From assembly GCA_964033795.1 (NCBI GenBank), contig CAXITT010000026.1, forward strand, positions 660,358 through 706,566: 46,209 nt of DNA, written 5' to 3'. This DNA comes from Lymnaea stagnalis. Its lineage: Eukaryota. The translations under genes were made by a program, and so were the position numbers. How positions within the stretch are numbered: position 1 is the first letter of the stretch; the number at the start of each line of letters is the position of its first letter. The notes below the pieces were generated by a model. The model was not told the origin of the DNA. It worked only from the letters and a program-made list of their open reading frames with translations, and searched no databases. This document shows, in pieces, positions 12,796 to 24,742 of this stretch.

Positions 12796-12910
12796 TCTAC
12801 TTGTAAATTTATTTCTCCCAAAACACTTGAAGTTTTTTTAATAGACTAGAAATATTTGTTTCAAATTATGTTTATGTCACAGAAAAGCTCTTTATTTAAC
12901 AATTTTGGCA

Positions 12911-13085
12911 GCTGTCTGGTAGCAGGTTCACATGCAACTAGAGCGCCCCAGCTGTCTGGTAGCAGGTTCACATGCCACTGAAGCGCCCCAGCTGTCTGGT
13001 AGCAGGTTCATGTGCAACTGAAGCGCCCCAGCTGTCTGATAGCAGGTTCACGTGCAACTGAAGCGTACCATCTGCCAACAACTGC
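12911..13085. repeat. 44-bp tandem repeat x4 (gctgtctggtagcaggttcacatgcaactgaagcgccccagct)
   Basis: Four near-identical direct units are visible. Confidence 0.9.
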
Positions 13086-13303
13086 TTGGGTGGTAGTTTT
13101 TATTGTGAGGATGAAAAGTCTAAATTCAAAATCTAAACCACCAAAGTTAGAGGTCATCTTCCATCAATGTCATCTGCTCTCTTTATTCTCACAGTTTATT
13201 AAAAAGCTAAATATAATTTTTTACTTGAAAAATATAATGCACTAATTTACTTTTCCCTTTGATCAAGAAAATTAAATTAAAATCTTAAATTATATCTCAT
13301 TAG

Positions 13304-13370
13304 ACATGCTGGAGAAGAGTGGCTTCTTACCAGTGATATCTCTACCGAATATTCCCCGCAAGTTGGCATG
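13304..13370 (+). CDS. MVP: MVP coding exon (R-HAGEEWLLTSDISTEYSPQVGM)
   Basis: Acceptor tctcattag| and donor ATG|gtaagt. It matches human [27 protein letters not shown]. Confidence 0.8.
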
Positions 13371-13906
13371 GTAAGTTATTACTTTGAGCAAATCATATCA
13401 GTAAAATTAACTTTTAATTAGCCATATTATTTTGATTTATAATTTTTTATTAGAGTATTAGTAGAAATAAAGCATTGGCTCTCTTTTTAAAAACAAAAGC
13501 AAATTGATACTGTTTTCACATAATGTGGTTTTAGAAACGTGAATGCTTCACAACAATAATTATGCAAAGAAAACCAATAGAAAAAAACTGTTTTATTCCA
13601 ACATATGGATTGCTCTTATTTGGTATCAAGACTTGGTTCATTAGCTAATTCATTCTGTGTTTTTTAAGGAAGAATTTTATAAAATTTACGGCGCTTTATT
13701 TCCATCAGTTTATTTTACTGGTTATTGGAAGTTTATAGATGCATAGACTCTTGAGAGGGACATTTTTTAAAACATCCTCTGAGATGTCAATATAACAATA
13801 AGAGATATCCCTAAAATAGTATTGCAATAAATGACTTTGTCGTGAATTTCTGTATGTAAATAGATAAAGTATTTATCAGAAATCAAATTACCTCCTACAT
13901 TTCCAG

Positions 13907-14048
13907 GAAGTTGTCCAGGTGGTAACTAAGACAGTTGTTAAAAGAGGTCAATATGCAGTTATTCTAAACCCAGCCGATAAAGAGGGTAAACCACAATTGG
14001 GACAAAAAGTTCTACGACAAGGACTTTGCAGTTTCTTCCTCCAGCCTG
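13907..14048 (+). CDS. MVP: MVP coding exon (EVVQVVTKTVVKRGQYAVILNPADKEGKPQLGQKVLRQGLCSFFLQPG)
   Basis: Acceptor catttccag| and donor G|gtaattt. It matches human [35 protein letters not shown]. Confidence 0.9.
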
Positions 14049-14697
14049 GTAATTTCAGCTCTAGTTTTCTTTATATTATCTTTGACGATGAAAAGAAGTC
14101 TGTTCATTACCTTCAAAATGGCTAAATTAAAACAATTTTTTTTTATCTGATTAATTAGACACATAGACACAAACAATTTGTGTAAATAAAACAATATATC
14201 TTCAGCTTTAATGACGATTTTACAAAATACATATGTAGATCTTTCAGCAAATGCCTTCATCAGTACAAAAAACAAAACATTTAAATATAAATTAAATTTA
14301 CATAAATATAGTTACATGTAACCTACCTAAAAAAATAGAAAGAATAAGAATGGGTGAAACCAGACAAAAACTTTAACATTTGTATTTTGTAAAATCATCT
14401 TTAAAGCTGAAGATATTTAGTTTTATTTACTCAATTGTTTGTGTCTCATTAATCTACTTTATAGCTTTAACACAGTCCAACCCTCTTATAATTAGTTATT
14501 TTTAAACTGAAATTATTTATTTGGTAAATGGTGAAGATTTTTATAAAACATGTTTCATGAAAACAGCATTTAAATCTTGTTCCATTTAGTACCAATCATA
14601 ATTCCTGTTCTAAAAATGTTAAAACTAATTTTTTTTTGCTCTTTGAAAATATGTTAGCCTGCTAAAATAACCTGATCTTGTTCTTGTGTAAATAAAG

Positions 14698-14802
14698 GAG
14701 AGTCTCTGGAACATGGCTCTATCCAGAATGCTTGTGTTCTCTCTGAGAATGAATCGGTTCTCTTACAGGCATTGGACACCTTTGTTGAAAAAGTTGACGA
14801 AA
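14698..14802 (+). CDS. MVP: MVP coding exon (GESLEHGSIQNACVLSENESVLLQALDTFVEKVDE-K)
   Basis: Acceptor gtaaataaag| and donor A|gtgggtga. It matches human [35 protein letters not shown]. Confidence 0.8.
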
Positions 14803-15114
14803 GTGGGTGAAAAAATAAATGTTAATAATTTAATGTTTTATAAAATAATCAATCAGCTCAATAGCTGAAGGCATAAATTAAGTTTCGTATATAAAACCTG
14901 TTTGTAATGCTGAAAAAAATAAATACATTATACTTTTTAAAAAAAAATGTTTAGTGCCCCTTCTGTTTAACACAATAAATTTTATCTAGCACTTTTGATT
15001 GAATGAAAAAGCTTTAATCCACTTGCTATAAAACAGTTCAATCATTATTAAATCAAATAGGAAAGAATGTTTTTGTTTTTATTAATCGATTTGAGAACCC
15101 CATTCTGTCATCAG

Positions 15115-15208
15115 AAAAAACTTTGACAAGAAAGACAGGAGATATTTGGCTGATCAAAGGCCCACAGAATTACATCCCTTCAATAAATGTGAAAATTATT
15201 CAACAAAG
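15115..15208 (+). CDS. MVP: MVP coding exon (KTLTRKTGDIWLIKGPQNYIPSINVKIIQQ-R)
   Basis: Acceptor ctgtcatcag| and donor AG|gtgaat. It matches human [25 protein letters not shown]. Confidence 0.85.
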
Positions 15209-15513
15209 GTGAATTAGTAGGATAGCTTTGATGTTGCTGGCTGTTAAAGAAGCATTGCTTACCCTTCTTTTGCACATCTTTTTAATAAGTGGTGTTGTTT
15301 ATTACACATTATGTCATGCAATGGAGACTGGGAATGTCTCTGACTTTCAGAGCTTTCTCATGAGTTTCTTAATGAGTTTTGTCATCAACAATTGAATAGA
15401 AAATTTTTTTCTGTATCATCTTAATTTGATAAGTACACTTACTCCAATTTCATAAGTATATAGTATATGAACCATACTAATGTATTAATATGCTTTTAAA
15501 ATGTACTTTTTAG

Positions 15514-15574
15514 GAAAACAATTCCCTTGAGCAAAAACGAAGGAGTTTATGTTCAAGACAAGCATTCAGGAAAA
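15514..15574 (+). CDS. MVP: MVP coding exon (R-KTIPLSKNEGVYVQDKHSGK)
   Basis: Acceptor acttttttag| and donor AAA|gtatgt. It matches human [21 protein letters not shown]. Confidence 0.85.
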
Positions 15575-15688
15575 GTATGTAATGGAGCAAGTTTTAATTC
15601 AACACTTTTAAATGGACAGTTGTAAGGAGCTGTCATTTCCAAATATAACTTTAGTATTTTTATGAATGTTGGTTACCTTTTTTCACAG

Positions 15689-15783
15689 GTCCGACTCGTC
15701 ATGGGTCCATGTGCCTACATGCTCACTGCCACTGAGGAATTGTGGAAGAAAGAACTTGGTGAAGAAACAGAGCAGCTACTGAG
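15689..15783 (+). CDS. MVP: MVP coding exon (VRLVMGPCAYMLTATEELWKKELGEETEQLL)
   Basis: Acceptor cttttttcacag| and donor AG|gtaaga. It matches human [30 protein letters not shown]. Confidence 0.9.
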
Positions 15784-16252
15784 GTAAGAATCATTATCTT
15801 CTGAATATAATTTGAAAAGTATCACAAAAATGTCGATCATGTTTTGTTTTTTTTGGTTTTGGTTATAATTCAGTTTTTTAAATGATGGGTAGAATTGTTT
15901 CTATTAAGATTTTTTTCTATTAAGATTGTTTCTATTAAATTGTTTCTATAAATTTAATTAAAGTCTCACCTAATGTAACAAATAAGATCAACAACTGAAT
16001 TAACATTTATCAATTTGTTTTCTCAAGAAATAAAAAAAAACTCCAGTCTGCTGCTAGTAACTAATTACCCTCTAATATTTAAACCATTAAAAAAATTAAT
16101 TTGTTATAGTCACAGTTAAACATTACAATGCTAAATAACAGAAACTATTTTTTAACCAATTGAAAAACATATTTTCCAAATGTTAATATTGTTTTATTAG
16201 GGATAACTAGTCCATAGATGATTTCAATTTTATAAAATGTTTTTTTTTCAAG

Positions 16253-16331
16253 CCATGGTGGTGGCTTAGGTTCTGGAGATATAAGGAAGCTTGCCTACTA
16301 TGAACAGTCGATAGACCCATCTATTGCCATG
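16253..16331 (+). CDS. MVP: MVP coding exon (S-HGGGLGSGDIRKLAYYEQSIDPSIAM; poorly conserved linker)
   Basis: Acceptor ttttttttcaag| and donor ATG|gtaaat. The phase is consistent, and this is the only open frame linking the flanking exons. Protein similarity to the human NKGQDPLADRGEKDTAKSLQPLAP segment is weak. Confidence 0.65.
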
Positions 16332-16652
16332 GTAAATTTGACATCTTTTATTATTTTTACAGTATGTTGACATTCCATTTTTACAACTAAAATGGTCATC
16401 ATGGTATCACCAGGTCCGACCATATTACTTTTGGTCATTTAGAGATTATAAAATGTGTTAGAGATAATGGTATGTTGATAGAAAACTATTTCCATAAAAC
16501 TATTTGCCAGAATTTGGTGGGGAAATTTGACTCAAATGGTTTCTACAGCAAATTAATCATCACCAAAAAAACATTTTTTGTACAGAGATTTGTGTGTGCC
16601 TCTCATTAAGAAAATAAAATATTTTACTTTAGAAGTTATTTTCTGTCAACAG

Positions 16653-16806
16653 GGCCGTGATAAAACAAGAGTAGTTACCTACCGATGCCCCAGCAACACA
16701 GCTGTGCAAGTCTACGACTACATTAAGAAAACAGCACGTGTCATTTTTGGTCCAGATTTGGTTGTATTGGGCCCTCATGAGAATTTCAATGTACTTGGTC
16801 TTAGTG
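16653..16806 (+). CDS. MVP: MVP coding exon ([51 protein letters not shown])
   Basis: Acceptor ttctgtcaacag| and donor G|gtaagt. It is near-identical to human [50 protein letters not shown]. Confidence 0.9.
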
Positions 16807-17122
16807 GTAAGTGGGGAATAGTTTACTGTAGAGTGACAAATTATTTTGTTGGTTATAAACACTTTAGTTGATTTAGATGAAACATGTGCTAATTCCACAA
16901 TACTAATATTTCACATTGAAACTAAATTCTGTGAAATATGGGTGTCATTGCTTAGTTTAATCATTTAATAGATGTAAAATCTGAAACTTAGCATACCCTG
17001 AGCTTCAAATAAAAATTTTGAAATAAAGCTTTTAGAAGTTGAGTAAGTTAAATTATGTCCAAGCACAACAATTTTGTGATTATTTATAAATACAAGTCTA
17101 AGCTTGTTTTTTTTGTTTTCAG

Positions 17123-17202
17123 CTGGTAAGCCAAAGAAAGAAGGTGCGTTAAAATCCCTTTGCTTAATGCTAGGACCTGATTTTATATCTGAAATAATTG
17201 AG
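17123..17202 (+). CDS. MVP: MVP coding exon (AGKPKKEGALKSLCLMLGPDFISEIIE)
   Basis: Acceptor ttttgttttcag| and donor GAG|gtatgt. It matches human [29 protein letters not shown]. Confidence 0.9.
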
Positions 17203-17565
17203 GTATGTTTACTTATAATATTTGACCTGAAATTATTAAAGTACGAGCATCTGCAAATTTTTACACTATGATTCAAACATACTGGTTCATTCGTAGTGAA
17301 TGATGTGAATTGCACTTGTTAAGGAGCTGCTTAAAACTAATGCAGTATTCAAAATATTATTAGCCCACAACCGTGATGAATGGAAAATTCCTGTGGATGG
17401 CCTATGCCTATGACCTAGACAGGGAAAAAAGACATAAGAAAGAAAATATTGTTAATTAAATAATAAATATGATCTGTAGAAGGCTTAATTAGGTGCAGTT
17501 TGGCCTCCATAGTTTTTCTCAATGCTTCTTCTTTAATTTCTGAGTTTCTTTCACTACCAATAAAG

Positions 17566-17625
17566 GTTGAAACTTCTGATCATGCAAGGCTTCGACTTCA
17601 GTTGGCTTTTAACAACCATTTTGAA
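17566..17625 (+). CDS. MVP: MVP coding exon (VETSDHARLRLQLAFNNHFE)
   Basis: Acceptor ccaataaag| and donor GAA|gtaagt. It matches human TADHARLQLQLAYNWHFE. Confidence 0.9.
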
Positions 17626-17865
17626 GTAAGTCATGGAACAGTTCCTGTTAATTTAAGATCATACAACAATTATATTTATAGACTTTTTTTTCAGAATTCA
17701 ATTCACAGATATGTTGATTAGAATTAATAAATTAGCATCTAATGAATAATGACAAATTATGTGATTAACATTATTTCATTAATTATATCAGAAACATAGC
17801 CAGATTTTTCTTTTAACTTTTATCTTTATAATTCTGAACTCACTGCTTAAAATAATTTTTTTCAG

Positions 17866-17944
17866 GTAGATAAAGATGATGAACTTAGTGCTCAAAAAAT
17901 ATTTTCTGTGCCAGATTTTATAGGCTTCGCTTGTCGCCAGATTG
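17866..17944 (+). CDS. MVP: MVP coding exon (VDKDDELSAQKIFSVPDFIGFACRQI)
   Basis: Acceptor tttttttcag| and donor G|gtatgt. It matches human [28 protein letters not shown]. Confidence 0.85.
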
Positions 17945-18243
17945 GTATGTGCAATACTGCTGCATAAGTTTAAAATGATTTTTTTTAGTTAAAATGAAGA
18001 CTTACACTGAGTAATGTGCATTAAACAATATACTGAGCTGGATCAAGGTTTACTGTTGACAAAACAAAGAAATGAAAGATTTTGGCCAAAATCTTTATGA
18101 GCAGATGTAAAATAATGAAAAAAATTTCAAATTTAAATTTTATCGCATGAAATAATTATTTAAAGAACAGTTTTATTTTAATGCTATATTCTCATTCCAA
18201 AAATTAACTTCCATTGCTGGAAATGTCAAATGAAATCCTACAG

Positions 18244-18389
18244 GTAGTAGAATTCGTGCCAGGGTTGCCCTCACTACCTTTGATTCATTTCACCGGTATT
18301 CTGCCCAGATAATACAGTCTGCTGTGTTTGGTAATGACGCATTATTGGGAGATCCTAGAACCATTCTTAAATTTGATGTCAACAACTTG
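18244..18389 (+). CDS. MVP: MVP coding exon (GSRIRARVALTTFDSFHRYSAQIIQSAVFGNDALLGDPRTILKFDVNNL)
   Basis: Acceptor aaatcctacag| and donor TTG|gtaaga. It matches human [29 protein letters not shown]...NGL. Confidence 0.85.
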
Positions 18390-18574
18390 GTAAGAGACAG
18401 ATAGTTGTTAACTTTTAATTCTCAATTTTTATTCATTTGTCAGATATTTGGACACAATGGAAAAAAATTTTTAAAGTGAGAAACTAAATTAAATTTTAAT
18501 TTAATTTTCTAAAAGTCTTAAGAAAAATAAATTTTATGAAATAATTTGAACTTGGGCAAACTGTTTTTGACACT

Positions 18575-18808
18575 TTCGTGTCAATCTATTCTTCAACACT
18601 TAGGTGTCAAACTATTCTTCAACACTTAGGTGTCAATATATTCGTCAACACATAGGTATCAAACTGTTCTCCAACACTTAGATGTCAAGCTGTTCTTCAA
18701 CACTTACGTATCAATATATTCGTCAACACTTAGGTATCAAACTGTTCTCCAACACTTAGATGTCAAACTATTCTTCAACACTTAGGTGTAAAACTATCCT
18801 TCAACAAG
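18575..18808. repeat. 26-bp intronic minisatellite x~9 (cacttaggtgtcaaactattcttcaa)
   Basis: Visible tandem units in an MVP intron. Confidence 0.9.
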
Positions 18809-20638
18809 GTTTCCTGAAAATTCTATTAATTTCCAGAAAAGTTTTTAAATAGAAAATGTGGTACCCTCACTAAAAAGACATGTTAAACTGTACTGAAAAC
18901 TTATTGTATTTAAACAATTTTAAATTTTGCTATTTAAAGTTAGGAGTTTAATTGCATCTTGTGGCTCAAGATTTGAGAAATTAAATCATTGGTTATTTTA
19001 AGCAGACCTGTTTATCTTACTTTTTTCATATACAATGTACCATTCTGAGATGTCTTTTACAATTGTACACCGAGATCTGTCAGACCGACAATTTTATGAG
19101 ACCAGGTTAAAAAATTATATTCAGTTGGTTTTTAAGATTTAAAAAAAATATCAATAACAAATAAAACAACTTCTCGGTTGTTAGTTTTAGCTTCTTTCTC
19201 TATAGCAGATGGTGAAAAGACAGAGAAATATGATTGGCTGGGGACCATCCATAATTATTTTACCTACGCAGGAGGAAAGAGGGTGGCTTTTGACTTGGTA
19301 GCAGGCGTGCATGGGATGGCTAAGGGGAAAGGTTTAATTATTTTTAAGGGCTATAATATGACGCCATTACGTTTGGTAATAAACGTCATACTATTGCTTT
19401 GCTTTTCCATAATGAACTGGCTAGATACATCAACAGTAATATTAAACCATTTGCCATAGTGACAAATTTAGTAAAAATTTGCTTTTGTTGGCGTTGGTAC
19501 TGTATGACCTAATTTTTTTCACTTAATTATTTTGTTCTTCGGCTGAAAGGCATCAATTGCAAAAATAGAGAAAATTATGGATTAAAAAGAAAATGCATTT
19601 TCAACTGCACCACTGCTTTAGTTTTTGACATATTTTATAAGATATAGTAAGTAGCATTTGAAATTTATTTTTAGAAGTCACTAAGCAACTGTATAATACC
19701 CCAGCCCTCCTTGTCCCAATACATCTTCCTGTAATTATTAGACTACAAATGTTGATGGAAAATAAAATAAAACTCCAAGGCTTAATGCAGGGGTGGGCAA
19801 TTCGAGACCCGCCACATTAAATATAGTGGCCCACCAGATGTATCACAAATGAACATATTTTGTCATTCATTTAGTGATTATTTTCATTTTTTGGTTTAAA
19901 TACACATTTGAAATATACTTACAACTTTTTTGGTGATGGTACGCACCATTTTTAGCTTCCTCGCACCTTTTTAGACTGGATAAAAAATTTAGATTAAAAT
20001 AAGTAATAAATTCTAAAACAGTTTTACTATTGAGTAACTACTGAAAATGAAAAGAATTTGTGTAAACACAGCTAGGTAACTGAAACCCAATTTTACACAA
20101 GCATTAGAATTAAATGTAGAATGATGCAAATCTATATACAGGTATACACATGATGCCAATCTATATACAGGTATACACAAAAGTGCATCTCTGCGTTTTG
20201 AATTTATTAACGGAATCTTGGGAAGGGGCTCAGCCTCCTCCACAAACCTTCCCCCCCCCACCCCATGACAACATCTTTGTTTATTACAATGGCAAATGAC
20301 GGGCACCCACTTTGATTAGTTATCTTAATTTGATTTGCGATGCACTATATGTTTATTTATTTACTATTACAATACTGTATGTTACAATTCTGAGACTATA
20401 TTTTACTATTTTGGGAGTTCCAGTGTATCTAGGACTGTTTTAAGGGACTGATTACATTTGAAGAATCAACATTTTCATACCTACACTATTAATTTGAAAT
20501 ATATTTCATACTCAAAAATGGTGACTTAATGTTAGTGCATAATGCTTCTTAAAAAAGTCAAACCATTGTGTTTGTGTAAGATATCAGTAGCCTTTTCTTT
20601 GTATGTAATCACTTGATAAATTATATCTCAATATACAG

Positions 20639-20739
20639 GTAATTAGCAGCATTGATATCCAGAGCATAGAACCAGTGGATGTAAAGATGAGAGACAGCCT
20701 CAGTAAATCTGTTCAGTTGGCTATTGAGATTTCCACAAA
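20639..20739 (+). CDS. MVP: MVP coding exon ([34 protein letters not shown])
   Basis: Acceptor tcaatatacag| and donor AA|gtaagt. It matches human [33 protein letters not shown]. The 3' 40 nt plus the donor are tandemly re-copied downstream. Confidence 0.9.
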
Positions 20740-21050
20740 GTAAGTTGGTGGAAGTAGTGCATTTACAGCTCCAGTAAATCTGTTCATTTGACCATTGAGA
20801 TTTCCACAAAGTAAGTTGGTGGAAGTAGTGCATTTACAGCTCCAATAAATCTGTTAGTTGGCCATTGAGATTTCCACAAAGTAAGTTGGTTGAAGTAGTG
20901 CATTTACAGCTCCTGTAAATCTGTTCAGTGGGCCATTGAGATTTCCACAAAGTAAGTTGGTTGAAGTAGTGCATTTACAGCTCCTGTAAATCTGTTCAGT
21001 GGGCCATTGAGATTTCCACAAAGTAAGTTGGTTGAAGCAGTGCAAATATT
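20700..21050. repeat. ~72-bp tandem repeat x5 whose unit is the 3' 40 nt of MVP exon 17 plus its donor and 30 nt of intron
   Basis: The unit cagtaaatctgttcagttggctattgagatttccacaaagtaagttggtggaagtagtgcatttacagctc recurs at 20700, 20773, 20844, 20916 and 20988, the last truncated. Confidence 0.95.
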
Positions 21051-21194
21051 TTATGCTGTTCTTTGAAGCTACTATTTATAATACGAAAAAATCAATACTA
21101 TTGTAGCTGTTAATTGGTATCCCAACTTAATGACCAATGATATTAATAATTACAACTGTTTGTAGCTGAAAATGAAATGTTCACTGTTAAACAG

Positions 21195-21421
21195 ATCCAT
21201 TGAAGCAGCAGCATCCCATGAGGCAAAGAGAGAAGAGCAGATGGCCAAAGGTCAACTAGAACGTCAGATTTTACAGACTGAGAAGGAATCTGAAAGGGCA
21301 AGATCTCAGCTGTATGAGCTACGGGCTCTTGCAGCTGCTGTAGAGTCGACTGGACAGGCCAAGGCCGAAGCTCAGGCCCAGGCAGAACGACTTATCATTG
21401 AATCTCACAGTCATATTGAGT
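21195..21421 (+). CDS. MVP: MVP coding exon (coiled-coil: SIEAAASHEAKREEQMAKGQLERQILQTEKESERARSQLYELRALAAAVESTGQAKAEAQAQAERLIIESHSHIE)
   Basis: Acceptor ctgttaaacag| and donor T|gtaaga. It matches human [69 protein letters not shown]. Confidence 0.9.
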
Positions 21422-22773
21422 GTAAGATGGGGCAGAGATGGAAACTGAAGTATCAGAAATATTCAGCTGCAAAATTTTTTTTTTTGAGTTATAATTTTAA
21501 TATTGAAATATAAATTATCCCTGGAAATATGCTTAAATAAATATTTTTTTTTTATCAACTACAAAATATTTTAAAAAAATTACTTTTCACTGCCTAGTCA
21601 AAATTTAAAGGCATGACAATTTTTTATGTTAAATTAGTGATTACAAACATTACACATAATATATTTTGATGTTAAAATATTCCAAAGAACATTCACACAA
21701 TTTGAAATTAGTACCAAAAACTATCCATTTTTGTTTATAAAAAATGAGAAAAGTGGTAGAAATTTTTAAAGCTCTATTTAAGGCAATAATTTTTTTTTTT
21801 TAAATGTATCACCATGTTCTCTTCTCTTTTAAAATCTATCAATTTCCACATAATTAAAACTATTTTTATATTATAGCCTATATCTTGACCCAATTACACT
21901 TCAACTTTGGGCTCAAATGCCCAGCACTCCCCTTTCCCTATTATGTGTTTGGAATTTGATGTCACAGAGTAAAGTGCTGTGTCATTCCTTAACCATTCTG
22001 ATTTTTTTTGTTCAAATGCTTTCTATCTGCTCTAAAGAATGCCATCAGGTGACATTAATTCTAGAATTTCTTTACAAGATGGTTCTGATTTAATGCCTGA
22101 AAGCAGCTTTCCTTGCCCAGAGAGAGAGAACTTGGCTATATTTCCTAACATACGCAAGACATTATATAATTGCGATACTGTACTCTTCTTGCGTGTATGT
22201 AAATTAATATTTGTAATTTTCGAGGAGGGTACCTTTTCACTTTCATGTGCTAAAAATGATAGGTTTTTCTGTCACAGTTTTATATAGTATTTTTAGATAA
22301 ATTTAATAGTAGGCATATAATTAAATTTAATATTGTTGTTATCACTAGCTTTAGTATTGTTTTCTTTGCATACTGTTTTTCTCAGTACTTTGTTACGTAT
22401 TGTTCATTTTTTCATTTTACAGAGCAAAACTTAAAATAAATTATTGGTTTAAAACATTATTAAAGGATTTTATAACTAACAAATGCAAATAATGATAATG
22501 TGAATTCTTTTTCTTCCTAGTATCATTCAAACAGCTCATACTATTCATATTTATCAAAAAAAAATTGGTAGATTTTTATTATTTATAATAATATTGGACA
22601 AACTGTATCGTTGGTAAATAATAATAGGTAATACAAATTACAGAGAAATTTTCATTTTTAAATTGGTAACTTTAAAAGTTTACTTAATGTAGTTCTGAAT
22701 TCTTAAAGAATGTAACATTTTAATAATCTGAAACACAAACATTTTAATAATCTGAAACACATTTCCTCAACAG

Positions 22774-22838
22774 CTGCACGCTTGAAATCTGAAGCTGCTG
22801 AAATTGAGCATGAAGCATCTCTGTCAACACAAAATAAG
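22774..22838 (+). CDS. MVP: MVP coding exon (S-ARLKSEAAEIEHEASLSTQNK)
   Basis: Acceptor tttcctcaacag| and donor AAG|gtcaat. The phase is consistent. It falls in the coiled-coil/cap-helix region, which is moderately conserved. Confidence 0.8.
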
Positions 22839-23488
22839 GTCAATATTTTATATAACTTTAACACTGGGAATGCTAGTTTGAGTTTCCTTCAAACATTAGG
22901 TTGAAGTGTGTGAGTCATTGCCATAAAATATTATGATAGGCATATACCAGTAGTAATAGGAACATTGGATATTTTTAATATGGGAGGGGGGGGGAGGCGA
23001 GGAGGAGGGGGTTGGCGCTTTATAGTGATCATTAGCAATTTTTGTTCCCATCATCAATATAACAGTGTTTCCAAATATTTTAAGTTTGAGTTACCAGTGG
23101 GCACATTTTGAAATTGCACCAGGGAACGGTGCCAGATTTCTTAATTATTTTTTTTTAATATACTTACACATATTTATGTTGTGTGGACCGGAGGCATAAG
23201 GTTCGTGGACAGGTGCCGGTCCACAGACTACAATTGAGGGGAATGTTTATTTCTTAAATAAAATAATCTCAAAGTAGTGCTGTTTGATGTTATTTATTGT
23301 AAGTTACAATAGGGTAGAGTTACAACTGGTTTTATTTAAATTTCTGCGCTAAACCCCAATTTAACTAAACCAACATGTCAATTACATAATATGCATTTAT
23401 CATATAGATCTATAGGTTTATTTTCATATGTGAATGAAATAATAAACTGAAATGATTTCATAAATCTGTTTCCATCACTTATTGACAG

Positions 23489-23569
23489 TTTCGCTCACAT
23501 GAACTAGATTATCAGAAAAAGCAGAATTTCATTACAGTCAGCAAGGAGAAATCATTAGCGTCTATTGAG
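23489..23569 (+). CDS. MVP: MVP coding exon (FRSHELDYQKKQNFITVSKEKSLASIE)
   Basis: Acceptor cttattgacag| and donor GAG|gtcagt. It matches human [27 protein letters not shown]. Confidence 0.8.
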
Positions 23570-23892
23570 GTCAGTAAACTAATGTGTAACTTAATTGTGA
23601 CTAAATCAACAACAGCAGCTAGACTTTACAGAATAATGAAACTACATGCACCACAGTTAGTTTAATGAATGCTGTATTGCATAGGATAAGTGAGCATCTC
23701 CCCTATCTATATAATAATCCTGTAAATAAAAACTCCTTAATTTTCATCAGATCAAAAGGTAAGAGAGCAGATTTCACCCTTAATAAAGGAGTTTTACAGT
23801 TAAGGTCAAATTCCCAGATGTAATTACTACAATGTCAGTGTATTAAACGGCATGGTGTAAAATATTAATATTTATTTTTTGTTCAACTCTAG

Positions 23893-23973
23893 GTGAATAA
23901 ATTTAAAGAAATGGTCACAACTTTGGGAGCAGACACTTTGGCAGCTTTGGCAAATGCTGGCCCAGATAATCAG
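23893..23973 (+). CDS. MVP: MVP coding exon (VNKFKEMVTTLGADTLAALANAGPDNQ)
   Basis: Acceptor caactctag| and donor CAG|gtcagc. It matches human [27 protein letters not shown]. Confidence 0.85.
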
Positions 23974-24263
23974 GTCAGCCTATTTCATTCTTTATTTTAC
24001 TTTTCCTTAGTCTGTCTTTTTCCTTAGCTGGCTCATCTCTGACTTTCAATTGCTTGTCTATAGATGTTATCTGTCATTTACCTAATAAAATCTCATTATT
24101 TAATATAATTAATTGCTTAATTATAAGAGTGTTGGACTAGGATAAAGCTTTCAAGTTAATTAATATCAAAATTTGTTTAAGTTGACTGCATATGGTATCA
24201 ACCAAATTCACAATTTTATATAGCTGAAATGTCCTTTTCCTGTTTGGTTTTTAAATTTGAAGT

Positions 24264-24478
24264 GGCTATTCAGACCCGGGTCAGAGAAGTGAGAGGTTGG
24301 GATTCAAATTTAAAAAAAATATATTATTGTTAGGTTGCAAGACAAAATTTGGTATCAAATGAAAGATAATTGAATGGGCTATATGTTTGTAAACTTACTT
24401 CTTCAGTTTAACTAAAAATAAACTACCACAAATGACATCTGAATAGCTCTAGTCTAATGGGACCCGGGTCCAAATAGC
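24264..24478. mobile_element. MITE (~215 bp) with ~18-bp terminal inverted repeats, inside the last MVP intron
   Basis: The left end gctattcagacccgggtc and the right end gacccgggtccaaatagc are reverse complements. The internal sequence is homologous, in reverse orientation, to 2860-3245. Confidence 0.65.
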
Positions 24479-24622
24479 GGGGGGGTGGGGATTTATAATT
24501 ATATCCCCATAAACACCTGGCATGTGAATGACCTGCACAATTTAAGCACTACCTATCAATTTAATTTCTGTCATTTTTTCACTAGACACATCATTTCAAA
24601 ATGTTCATGTCTACTGTTTCAG

Positions 24623-24742
24623 GTGCGACTTCTAAAAAGTCTCGGTCTGCAAAGTGTCTTGTTGACTGATGGCAATTCACCCATCAACTTGTTTACCACT
24701 GCTTCTGGCTTGGTTGGCCAAAAGTCTGGGGACTGTGCCTAG
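24623..24742 (+). CDS. MVP: MVP terminal coding exon ([39 protein letters not shown]-stop)
   Basis: Acceptor ctgtttcag| and stop TAG at 24740-24742. It matches human [32 protein letters not shown]. The 24 exons total 2517 nt (839 codons). Confidence 0.9.
   Translation: MRLLKSLGLQSVLLTDGNSPINLFTTASGLVGQKSGDCA

Noticed and set aside
12543-12821. 92-aa minus-strand ORF with PTNSYLQGTL repeats, and the minus-strand ORFs at 20621-21045
   Set aside because: They are products of the 36-bp and 72-bp tandem repeats at MVP splice donors, read on the opposite strand.
14012-17315. Minus-strand ORFs 14012-14275, 16629-16898 and 16965-17315
   Set aside because: They lie antisense to or overlap confirmed MVP exons and introns, and are AT-rich low-complexity translations without splice or homology support.
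19178-19459. 93-aa plus-strand ORF in the long MVP intron
   Set aside because: There are no splice signals or homology. It contains an atgacg...cgtcat inverted motif suggestive of a transposon scrap. It is treated as non-coding intron.
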